A stretch of DNA of 37,141 bases from Octopus bimaculoides (GCF_001194135.2 NC_069001.1:12047329-12084469), one strand, 5' to 3'. Counted from the first letter of the stretch, positions 1 to 9,735 are shown. Notes: generated by a model from the letters alone, not told the origin. Translations and numbers: made by a program.

Positions 1-184
1 TGCTTCTATTAAATTTAAATCCAAATTCAATATTGACAACAGCAGTGGGAGCAGCGAAAAGAAGCCGGAGTAAAATGTCAGGTGAAACATTAAACAGAAA
101 ATAAAATGATTATCGTCATATCCATGTAAATATACTTATACATATATGCATGCATGTATGTATATGTAAATACATACATATATA

Positions 185-350
185 TACGACGGGCTTCTTT
201 CACTTTCCGTCAACCAAATCCACTCACAAGGCTTTGGTCGGCCCGAGGCTATAGTAGAAGACACTTGCGCAAGGTGCCACACAGTGGTACTGAACCCGGA
301 ACCATGTGGTTGGTAAGCAAGCTACTTACCGCACAGCCAATCCTACGCCT
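185..350 (-). mobile_element. tRNA-derived SINE, family A (Octopus-type), 5' half
   Basis: Reverse complement reads ggcgtaggattggctgtgcggtaagtagcttgcttaccaaccacatggttccgggttcag...gaaagaagcccgtcgta. It aligns closely with the full-length copy at 33840-34217 and ends at the family's internal (TA)n. Confidence 0.9.
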
Positions 351-484
351 ATCTTAATTGTTTTGTTTTATAATATTCTTCATATACAGTGAATATGAGA
401 TATTTCATATATGAATATCTGCATATCTATTTCTGTATCTTACTGTTATTTTACCAATTTATATACCTATTAACCTATTACGGT

Positions 485-573
485 CGCGGATTCAGCTTAA
501 ATAGTGGCACATTGAGACAGTTTTTCTACTATACTCCCGGTTGTTGTAGACACAAAGTACAACCGGCTCATCG

Positions 574-580
<7 letters not shown>
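485..580 (+). mobile_element. Degraded family A SINE fragment
   Basis: gcggattcagc...gtggcacattgagacagtttttctactata resembles ggttcagtcccactgcgtggcaccttgggcaagtgtcttctactata; tcgtatata at 571 matches the family's pre-microsatellite end. Confidence 0.45.
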
Positions 581-618
<38 letters not shown>

Positions 619-624
<6 letters not shown>

Positions 625-689
625 GAAGAAGTAGAATTACCCAAGACATATAAATAGATGTGGTCTAGCCGTGGTAGAGGAGTTGAGTA
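619..689 (+). mobile_element. 5' part of an LTR of the same family as 4949-5115
   Basis: Starts TGTTGTG, then aagaagtagaattacccaagacatataaatagatgtggtctagccgtggtagaggagttgagta, aligning to the LTR at 4949-5115 (minus) with a deletion near the start. The 3' LTR end is not clearly identifiable. Confidence 0.7.
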
Positions 690-1265
690 AAATTTATAAA
701 GTACCTCAATTCATTAAAGTGCTAAGCTTTAAACTACTGTAAATACACTCTTTTAAAGACCAACATCCACAATTTTCTCTAAATAGGATTTTATACGGTG
801 AAATATCAAGCTCGGTGCCCGCTAAACCATGGCATACAAGCTCATTTTGCCAGCAGCAGCCTTTATGAGCGAGGTCGTTGAGTCTAATGTTATATTGAAA
901 ATAGACACGCCTATTGACTATTTTGGTTTCATTGTGTTATGTATCTTCGTGACTTGGAAATTAATGTTCCACCCACTTTATATTTCTTTATATTTCTCTT
1001 TTCGATTGTAATTGTAGATTAATCAACATGTCAGACTTGTCAGCATATTTGGGAAACCTGATGAGTTGAGAGTGGCATAAAGTATCATATAAGCTTATGT
1101 ATATTGTGCCCTCTGATTACCTGACTGCATTTTTTTACGTCATAACAAAGATTCTCAATGAATCGGTCGTAACAGTTCTAGATAACCCACTCATCTCTTG
1201 ATATATACGTGTGTATGTTTTCTGTATGCGTGTGTGTTAGTGAGTGTGTGTGTATGTATGTATAT

Positions 1266-1656
1266 GTTGTTGTTGTTGGCACTCCGTCGCTTACGATCTC
1301 GAGGGTTCCCGTTGGTCCAATCAACGGAACAGCCTGCTCGTGAAATTAACGGGCAAGTGGCTGAGCACTCCACAGACACGTGTACCCTTAACGTAGTTCT
1401 CGGAGATATTCAGCGTGACACAGTGCGACAAGGCTGACCCCTTTGAATTACAGGCGCAACAGAAACAGGAAGAAAGAGTGAGAGAAAGTTGTGGTGAAAG
1501 AGTACAGCAGGGTTCGCCACCATCCCCTGCCGGAGTCTCGTGGAGCTTTAGGTGTTTTCGCTCAATAAACACTCACAACGCCCGGTCTGGGAATCAAAAC
1601 CGCGATCCTATGACCGCGAGTCCGCTGCCCTAACCGCTGGGCCATTGCCCCTCCAC
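1266..1656 (-). mobile_element. Full-length tRNA-derived SINE, family B, with (CAA)n tail
   Basis: Minus strand starts gtggaggggcaatggcccagcggttagggcagcggactcgcgg (A-box-like), has a B-box-like ggttttgattccc, and ends gacggagtgccaacaacaac. Its 3' body is shared with 2312-2573. Confidence 0.85.
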
Positions 1657-2311
1657 ATATGTATATGTACGCACGGAAATAAGTATATTTGTGCGTATGA
1701 GCGTGTGTGTGTGTGTGTGTGTGATTGTGTGAGTACTGCAGAACAACCTCCTATAATTATTGTACCATAAATGAAATTTGACCAGTGACAATGTTGTTAC
1801 CACAAAGCTAATATTTTTAGGGCTTTGCCTAGCTAACATCATGATGTGCTCCAATGCAGACTGTCCGTTTGTTCTGCGAAGCGTTGTTAAGATGCAAACA
1901 CACAGGAGGGTTTTTGTCGCGTATTTTATATGCTGAAGTAAATAATAATAATAATAATAACATCGATAATTACAACAACAACAACGAAAATCCAATATAA
2001 ATTGGAAATTTATAAAAATGAAAAACTATACGCAACATGTCAATATTAAAATACACAAGCATAGCAAGCAACAAGCAAACAAAACACAAGTAAATTGGTT
2101 ATGCAAACTCTACAATAGCTACGTATTTCATTTAAATGTTAGTATTTTATGACCGAACAAATAGCTTGAATGTGTGAACTACTGAACAAACCGACGGTGG
2201 TTGACGTTGCTGTGTGGGTTATGGTTGTAGTATTTGTGGTATTGCTTAAATGCTTCTGTCGACTGGAACACTGGTTGTAGTAGTAGTAGTGGTAGTGGTG
2301 GTGGTGGTTTT

Positions 2312-2573
2312 GGAGGCGCGTGGCCTTGTGGTTAGGGTATTCGGCACAAGATCTTATAGCCATGATTTCGAATCCTGGCATCTTGCTATTCCCTTTGTGC
2401 AGGACACTTTATTTCGCCTTGATCCAGTACGCTCCACTGGCAAATATGAACAGAACTTGTAGTCGAAAGGGTAAGCCTTGTCACATTCTGTGTCACGCTG
2501 AACCTTCTTGAGAACTATGTTAAGACTACGCCTGTCCGTAGAGTATTTGGCCACATGAACGTTAATTTTTACG
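2312..2573 (+). mobile_element. Degraded tRNA-derived SINE (head like 9482 copy, 3' body like family B)
   Basis: Head ggaggcgcgtggccttgtggttagggt. The segment aagccttgtcacattctgtgtcacgctgaa...gagaactatgttaag...acgttaatttt matches the reverse complement of about 1340-1440. Confidence 0.75.
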
Positions 2574-2781
2574 GTTATTGCAATTGTCATTCGGGTGAGG
2601 TTTTCTGCTTTTGATGTTCACCACTGTATATATATATATATATATATATACACACAGAGAGAGAGAGGGAGAGAGAGATTCAGAATAATATCGTACTTAA
2701 GTTGAGGCACCAGAATTTAGTACGGTATTATCCATACAATTTCATAGTAAGGTACTGCATTACCTCTGGATATCCTTGTTG

Positions 2782-2783
<2 letters not shown>

Positions 2784-2861
<78 letters not shown>
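2784..2861. repeat. (TA)n microsatellite
   Basis: Uninterrupted TA run. Confidence 0.98.
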
Positions 2862-2862
<1 letters not shown>

Positions 2863-4099
2863 TGTGAGATATAGAGATTTAGATACAGAAAAATAGACAA
2901 ACTGACTGGCAAACCGGTGAATGGTGAGACGGACGCACGTAGACAGATCGTAAGTGTTCTTTTCTACAGCAACACGGAAAGCGAGTGGCTAAGATAGAAA
3001 CAGCACTGTTTAAAGTATTGTTATATTTCAGGATTGTCATTTCTGTTTCGAATCTGAGTCAGACTCACTCGTGATCCTGCTACCTGCTAGAGGGTGGTAG
3101 CGGTTCGCTTCCCCCTTCTAACAATATATTGTACATAACGCGTGCTGAGTCGCAGCTGTAACTAGCCGGTGGAAAATCTACCTGGGGTTAAACTAGTAGC
3201 CGCATTCATCAGCCACTTTGAGGGTGTGACTAGCTTCACCAGTTCCCTTTTTTTTTCTGTCAAAGAAACACACGCATTATACATTTGTTCTTCACTCTTT
3301 TATTACCGTTCTTATATTATCTTCTGTCCATTATTCAGAGATCGTTCCTCACACATCTCTGACACCTTCAGCGACCTTTTCCGTCCACCATTACAGACTG
3401 AGCAGGCAGATATACGTAGACGGGAAAATTCGCCAAAGCAGCATGTGTGTCGAAAGTTTTCCGGACAGTGGACAAAATCTAAAATAAGAACAGTAGTAAA
3501 TGAATGAATATATAGGGCGTGTGTTTATTTGGCAAAAGAAAAAATAAGTGGCCTTACAGAAATACATCAATATCAGAACGCGATTTCACATCAAGAATCT
3601 AGCAAAACAAATTCATAAACGTAATGTTTAGGATGTTAAATCATTAAGTTCTCCAGACTTATAAATCAAACCCAAGATACGCTTAGTTGTGATAGAATTG
3701 CCAATTAAAATGTGTTTATACTCATCAACTATTTATATGAAAAAACATATATATACAGTAGAGATATTAGAATGTAGAAATAACCGTGTATCGATTATTA
3801 GTTATGTATTATAGTAAAGTTGTCATTAACATTGCTAATTTTATGAGATGGGAAGCTCTAAGCGATTTGTCTTACATCTTAGTACGGAAGATATATCATT
3901 ATGTTCATGGTTTATTCAGAGAAGTGGACAACTTGGGGAGTCCAATTAATTAATCGTTTCCTTAATAATAACATGGTGGTGAAATAGTAACGAATTTTGT
4001 GATTGATTCAGACAGAAATCTTTAGTAAATCTGCTTCTATACAAAAACAGGCCCGGTCTCCTATTTTTTCCTCTTTCTCTCTCTCTGTCTCTCTGTCTC

Positions 4100-4132
<33 letters not shown>

Positions 4133-4287
4133 GTTTCCCTTTCTATTTCTCTCTCTCTCTCTCACTCTTTGCGTCAAACACACAGGCATGCACAGGCATG
4201 CACGCGCATAATCATAAAAACACGTGCGCATATTTGTGTACGCGTGTGTGTATGCGTCTGAATACATTTATATATATAGATATATAG

Positions 4288-4339
<52 letters not shown>

Positions 4340-4380
4340 GTGCGTATATAGAAACATTCACACATACATACGTCCGTACA

Positions 4381-4382
<2 letters not shown>

Positions 4383-4411
<29 letters not shown>

Positions 4412-4460
4412 CATACATACATACATAGATATATACATACATACATACATACATACATAC
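4383..4460. repeat. (CATA)n microsatellite, left part, interrupted by the 4461-5115 insertion
   Basis: CATA run ends catac at 4460 and resumes catac at 5116. Confidence 0.95.
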
Positions 4461-4573
4461 TGTTTTGTCGATGCCCACAGGCGAAGAGGTAGGCTCTCCC
4501 AAGACATATAAATTGAGGTTGTCTGGCCGTAATAGGAGGTTGAGTAGCAATCGTGTAGCGGTTGAGTAGAGAT

Positions 4574-4919
4574 CCTCCGAAAGTTTATTATTTGCTGGCA
4601 TTCTTCAGCCACTTTCTGCAAAGTGAGTTTCACATCTTGGTTCAACTTTGATAATACTCTTTTCCTAATTTCCGCGTCTTCCGTTGCCTCTAGTCCATAA
4701 ACGAATATTAGACACTTGAACATATCTGGCGTTAATTCTTCCAACTTGAACCTTTCGCAAGCCTTCTTACTGCAGGCGAGAAATAGTACAGAATCATCTT
4801 CAGCAACTAGTTCTCGCCTGCAGTAACAATTCTGTTAACTTCAGTAGTTGCTGCTGTTACTCCTGTTGTTTCACTTGCTGCAATTGTGGTTTCACAACTG
4901 CTTTCAGTAACTCTTCCAT
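4574..4919 (-). pseudogene. gag remnant of Mag/K02A2.6-type polyprotein (two pieces joined across a deletion)
   Basis: ATG at 4919 gives MEELLKAVVKPQLQQVKQQE*QQQLLKLTELLLQ. 4768-4574 gives KKACERFKLEELTPDMFKCLIFVYGLEATEDAEIRKRVLSKLNQDVKLTLQKVAEECQQIINFRR, matching the FKCLIFV.GL....DAEIR.R.L.KL motif of K02A2.6-like Gag. Confidence 0.8.
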
Positions 4920-4929
4920 TTTTGGTGCT

Positions 4930-4947
4930 ATCGCATCCTCGTTGCCA
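4930..4947 (-). promoter_or_regulatory. Primer binding site complementary to tRNA-Ser(GCU) 3' end
   Basis: Minus strand TGGCAACGAGGATGCGAT versus TGGCGACGAGGATGGGAT, the complement of the metazoan tRNA-Ser(GCU) 3' end ...AUCCCAUCCUCGUCGCCA (recalled): 16/18 match. Confidence 0.8.
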
Positions 4948-4948
4948 C

Positions 4949-5115
4949 TGTTATGTCTCAACGCTTGTGCTGTCTAGCACCTTCGGATGATCTCTACTCA
5001 ACCGCTACACAACTGCTACTCGACTGCTACTCAACACTTCTACCACGGCCAGACTACCTCTATTTATATGTCTTGAGAGATCCTACTTCTTCGCCTGAGG
5101 GGCGTCGACACAACA
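4949..5115 (-). mobile_element. 167-bp LTR
   Basis: Begins TGTTGTGTC and ends GACATAACA (8/9 terminal inverted match, TG...CA). Contains a TATA-like catataaata and is followed after 1 nt by a PBS. Confidence 0.85.
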
Positions 5116-5136
5116 CATACATACATACATACATAC

Positions 5137-5320
5137 ATGATGATGATGGCCGTCCACTTGTGACCGAGGAAGACCATTGCCGACCTTCAGGAACGTTATG
5201 CGCTCTAGGACTAACTTATATATTTTGCATTTACGGCTCCGTTGGTGGCTAATGAGTCCTGCTCTTGACAAGCATACACGACTGCAGACATTGCAGATTA
5301 AGCTTTCCCCATTCACTATA
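5137..5320 (-). mobile_element. 3' end of an RTE-clade LINE
   Basis: Minus frame CNVCSRVCLSRAGLISHQRS is a C2H2-like C-terminal motif typical of RTE ORF ends. A short 3' UTR ends ggacggcc(atc)n, an RTE-style tandem tail. Confidence 0.75.
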
Positions 5321-5626
5321 TGTAAGCGGTATCAAAATTGCAAAAATTTTCGCCAACATTCATTAAGAAAAACAATGATTTAGTAAAACTCTATCGATGT
5401 TTAAATTATTCATTTTATTCTAAAAACATGCATTCAAACGCCATAATCGGATTAATGCCATAGCTGGAAGATATATTTGTTATAGCCGGCAAGCCATTAT
5501 TTGTGATGGTTAGCAGAGTCTGTGTAGTTGTGTGGTTAACGCTTTCGACTTCGTAATCGCGTAGTTCTAAGTTGTAACTCGCAACACGGCTATTGAGTCT
5601 GTGTCGCTCTTTATGTAATTTTAAAC

Positions 5627-5731
5627 CGGCGAGCTGGTAGAATCGTTAGCACGCCGGGGGAAATGCTGAGCGGTATTTCGTCTGCTGTTACGTTCTGAGT
5701 TGAAATTCCACCGAGTTCGACTTCGCCTTCC
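5627..5731 (+). mobile_element. SINE family C, 5' part
   Basis: ggcgagctggtagaatcgttagcacgccgg...tacgttctgagttgaaattccaccgagttcgacttcgcctt. tRNA-like head; shares motifs with the reverse complement of 7819-8000 and 8237-8369. Confidence 0.8.
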
Positions 5732-6263
5732 TGCTCCGTTTAGTGGCTAACTGCATTCCTTTTCAGAGCCACCTATCGTTCCTTTGATAGGCTATAACTA
5801 CATTCAGGTCCTCTCAAGTGATTGAAATGCACTTCATCGTTGCTATTTTTATCTACGTCACACTCTCCTCTTCCAGGACAGTGTGAGCTAGCTCACTTAT
5901 TAGCTGACACATGGACGATACAGTAAAACGTCCGTGCAAAACATTCCACTGCTTTTACTATGTAACGGTACCAGCATTTTATTAGTTCTTTCACAGGGAA
6001 ATCTGTACTTCCACATATCCAATTAGCTTTGTTCATTGACTTCTCTCTCAAGAGAGACTTTCAAATACAGCCAGGACACATCGAAACAGATCTTTGTTAT
6101 CCTTTGTCGGCTGGAAGCTATCCAGATCGCACTCCCCTCTTCCAAAAAAGTGACTACTCCAGAGTTCGTGCTCTTCTGAACCGGTGAATCAATATAGCTA
6201 TTCGTTGTGAACCAATAGTTAGTATGTATGTATATAATCATGCGTTTATGTTTGCATGTATGT

Positions 6264-6298
<35 letters not shown>

Positions 6299-6527
6299 TG
6301 ACTATGCATGTATATCTGTGGGTATGTGTTTATGTATTTATGTTTGTATGGTTTGATATATACCCGCTTAATTCATGGAGACGGAGTGGTGCCGCGGAAG
6401 CATACACCGAACGTCATTACATGTAATGTTACTGGAACCAATTCTATTTCGGGACTCACGACAATCGATGTTTTCTTGTAGGTGAGAAATCGATAGAGAA
6501 AGTGGAAACTCTAACCCATTCCAGAAT

Positions 6528-6601
6528 TGGTACTTGATATATCAATCCCGAAAGGATGAAATACAAATTTGATCTCAATAGCATGTGAACCTAGAGCTCA
6601 G
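6528..6601 (-). mobile_element. Family C SINE fragment
   Basis: tggtacttgatatatcaatcccgaaaggatgaaatacaaatttgatc parallels ggtatttaatttattgaactcgaaaggatgaaaggcaaatttgacc at about 7897-7945. Confidence 0.55.
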
Positions 6602-6696
6602 GGAATCAGAACGAAAATTATTATGGTAACGCAATCTATACGAAGTTGTTACGATTCTGAAGATTGATTACGAAACATATATACACGAGTACACAT

Positions 6697-6740
<44 letters not shown>

Positions 6741-7416
6741 GTCCTCATGTGGTTATCTATCAACCTAACGAGATATCTAGATATCTTTCTCTCTCACTCT
6801 TTCTGTCTACCTATATATATATATATATATAATGTATTGCATGTTATATAAGTGTGCACGCGTGTGTGAATGTATATGCATATACAAGAGCAATGTATAT
6901 TTATGTATTAAGGTGACAAATATCGCATACTTATACCACATGTGTTTTATTTCTATAAGCAGAGTATATAATAATATAAGCGATTTCAATAAAAATACGA
7001 ACATCTACAAGTGTTTGAACATTAAGGTGTGTTAAGTCGACCATTATATTCTATGGAGAGATAGCAAAAAATGATAGAATTTAAAATACTGGCAGTTGAC
7101 AGAATATTGAAATAATACTTTATCACATTTCGTATTCTTCATAATAGATTGGGAGAGAGTGACAGAATGGGAGAGGAAGAGGAAAACAGAGACGGAGATA
7201 GATTTTGCTGAAATATCTTGTGACTCTTTAGAAAAAAATATTCGGTTTTTTATTTTTTTTTATTTTAGATAAACCTTCAATTTATTCAAGTTCTTTTGTA
7301 CTGTAATCTTTTAAAATTGAAATAAAAAGTCTTTAAAAAATCCTCCATTTATATTTATATATATTGAGAAAAAATATACAAAAAATACTCCAATGAAAAG
7401 AGTAAGCTGCAATATG

Positions 7417-7461
<45 letters not shown>

Positions 7462-7464
7462 TGC

Positions 7465-7510
<46 letters not shown>

Positions 7511-7513
7511 TGC

Positions 7514-7553
<40 letters not shown>

Positions 7554-7818
7554 GCAATTTTCTAAAGATTTTTTCAGATATTAAAATAAGTCTTTGGGCA
7601 AACTTTTCTAATGGAGAATTAAAATAATATAAATTGAAATCAAGATAATGCACACACATGCGCAAAAGTGTGAATAGATGTGTATATATATTAATTGTTG
7701 TTGTATTTCCTATCTGGTATATGCATAATCTTTCATCGTAAAGTACAGATGGTCATCAGAGTAATGTAGTCACGACCTACAATGATTTCTCTACTTCTTC
7801 GTTATCTTTTACCTGTTT

Positions 7819-8000
7819 ATAATCTTTTCTACGATAGACACAAGGCTTGAAATTTTGTGGGGAGGGGCCAGTCGATTAGATCGACCCGTACGCAACTGGT
7901 ATTTAATTTATTGAACTCGAAAGGATGAAAGGCAAATTTGACCTTCGCGGAATTTGAACGTAAAGACAAACCTGCTTACGTTTCTGCCAGCTCGCCACCT
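7819..8000 (-). mobile_element. Family C SINE with internal deletion
   Basis: Reverse complement starts aggtggcgagctggcagaaacgtaagc and ends ...caagccttgtgtctatcgtagaaaagattat. Confidence 0.8.
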
Positions 8001-8236
8001 TCACATGTATATAATGTACACTCCAAACAAGCAGTAGATAACTGTACGTTTTTCATACAAATCCTTTTAGATTTCTTATCTTGTACCCCAGCACTAAAAA
8101 AATCGGTTATTCCACTTCTATAAAATATAATTGATTTACGTCACTACATTCTCCCTAAATATAACGCTTGTCTTCTGCAGCATTTAAAATCAGCAATTTT
8201 GAAGGAACATCGATTCCTTTATTTGTCTTGTATATA

Positions 8237-8369
8237 TTTTATCGACCCCGACAATATGGATGAGAGTTATAGATGACATTGGTCGGAACTCAACTCAGAA
8301 CATAAAGTCGGGAAAATACCGCTGTGCATTTTTTCCGGCTTGCTAACTCTTCAGCCAGTTCACCACCTT
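8237..8369 (-). mobile_element. Degraded family C SINE
   Basis: atcgaccccg...actcagaacataaag...ataccgctgtgcattttttccggcttgctaac...gccagttcaccacc matches the family C head and body in reverse. Confidence 0.65.
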
Positions 8370-8740
8370 TCCGTAATAAATGTAATACCTTCCAATTATA
8401 ACACAATGCCAGTAATTTTGAGGATAGGGACAAGGCATTTACATTGAAATTAGTACATGGCTGGTACTATATGTTGGTGCAAGTCTAAGTTCACCTCGGC
8501 GGACTTCAAATTCGAAATAGTAACAGAAGGAAGAATTGGTCCAAAACATTTTGCCGACTGCTAATGACTTTGTCAATCTGCTCCTTACGAATGCATTTTA
8601 CAATCTTCATAATCCAGTATATTTATGCTACTCGTATTATTTAGACAGCGGTCAACCCCGACAGGTCGCAGTATTTCTAAAAATCATCTTACAACATTCA
8701 ACATTGTATCATTTATTCAGATTTAATATGTTTAGGACAA

Positions 8741-8892
8741 GCACATGGCTCTGTGTTTAGTGTTGGGTTCACAATCAAGAGGTAGTGAATTTTATACCCA
8801 GACCGGTTTACGAGTTGTGTTCTTGAACAAGACACTTTGTTTCACGTTGCTGCTGTTCATTCATCTGTAGAAATGTGTTACAGCGTCACTGC
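8741..8892 (+). mobile_element. Degraded tRNA-derived SINE with CORE-like central domain
   Basis: gcacatggctctgtgtttag head; gttgtgttcttgaacaagacactttgtttcacgttgctgctgttcattcatctgtagaaatg parallels about 9563-9625. Confidence 0.65.
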
Positions 8893-8899
8893 TACATTT

Positions 8900-9110
8900 A
8901 CATTATTTACATTTGACGGATATTTGTCCTCATCGTATTTGTTGTTAACACAACATTTCGGCTGACATACCCTCCAGCCTTCATCAGGTGTCTTGGGCAT
9001 ATGGCGTAGTGGTTAAAAGCGCGGGCTACTGACCCCATGTTTCCGAGTTCGATTCCAGGCAGTGACCTGAATAATAATAATAATAATAATGATAATAATA
9101 ATAAAAGTAA
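8900..9110. mobile_element. Rearranged SINE: Penelope-like tail (8900-8997, minus) fused head-to-head to a tRNA-like head (8995-9069, plus) plus (AAT)n
   Basis: Head has A box TGGCGTAGTGG (9002-9012) and B box GTTCGATTCC (9047-9056). The tail carries a hammerhead motif. The two halves share a ggg junction at 8995-8997. Confidence 0.7.
8947..8992 (-). ncRNA. Minimal type I hammerhead ribozyme motif (Penelope-like-element type)
   Basis: Minus strand: gacac-CUGAUGA-a-ggcug(gaggguaugu)cagcc-GAAA-u-g-U-U-guguu. Stem I 5 bp, stem II 5 bp, loopless stem III. Confidence 0.65.
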
Positions 9111-9260
9111 TAATATCAAAAGCATGATAAGAAAGAAACTAATAGCTTGTGTGAGAAAAATGATATTGTGACTAGAAATCAATGTATAGCTAAGGTAGAC
9201 GCAGGTAAAACCACATAGATCATAACACATTTCGCTGAATAGTAAAATACAAATTTTATA

Positions 9261-9345
9261 AAATAAGTCCTGGGGTCGATTTCTTCGCCTGAATCTCTTT
9301 AAGGTAGTGCTACAGCATGGCCGCAGTCAAATGACTGCAATAAGT
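9261..9345 (+). mobile_element. 3' tail fragment of family A SINE
   Basis: aataagtcctggggtcgattt...gtgctacagcatggccgcagtcaaatgactg matches about 34122-34195. Confidence 0.8.
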
Positions 9346-9481
9346 ATATGAATACGTATATTATAATCAAAAGGTCCATGCAGTGTCCAGACTCACAGTA
9401 CGTGGTTACATGGAGTATACAATACCTACAGATTATCAAAACACCCCTCGTATGTTTTATTCCTGCCATATCAAAAACGGA

Positions 9482-9735
9482 GTGGAGGCGCGTGGCTTCG
9501 TGGTTAGGGTGTCAGTACCATGGTCGTGAGATTATGGTTTCGATTCCTGGACCTGGCGACGCGTTGTGTTCTTGAGAAAAAACATTTCACGTTGCTCCAG
9601 TCCACTCAGCTGGTAAAAATGAGTAACGCTGCGATGGACTGGTGTCCCGTCCAGCTGGGGGACACATACGCCATTGAAACCGGGAAACCGGGCCCATGAG
9701 CTTGGCTAGGCTTTAATAGTGCGCATTTATTTATT
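9482..9735 (+). mobile_element. tRNA-derived SINE with CORE-like and V-domain-like segments
   Basis: Head gtggaggcgcgtggcttcgtggttagg, B box ggtttcgattcc, then ccactcagctggtaaaaatgagta and ctgcgatggactggtgtcccgtccag (9629-9654). The last resembles the V-SINE domain motif from recall. Confidence 0.75.

Larger units (their letters stand above)
4461..5115 (-). mobile_element. Internally deleted Ty3/Gypsy (Mag/K02A2.6-type) derivative with inverted LTR-derived termini
   Basis: Minus strand order: complete LTR 5115-4949, PBS 4947-4930, gag pieces 4919-4574, then an inverted copy of the LTR 5' part (4461-4583 on plus). Flanked by catac on both sides. Confidence 0.85.

Noticed and set aside
3630-3670. 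Tc1 SPDL motif (SLSSPDL*)
   Set aside because: An isolated four-residue match with no flanking transposase similarity.
8995-9069. tRNA gene (likewise other SINE heads)
   Set aside because: A and B boxes are present, but there is no full cloverleaf or acceptor stem and it runs into (AAT)n; it is a SINE head.
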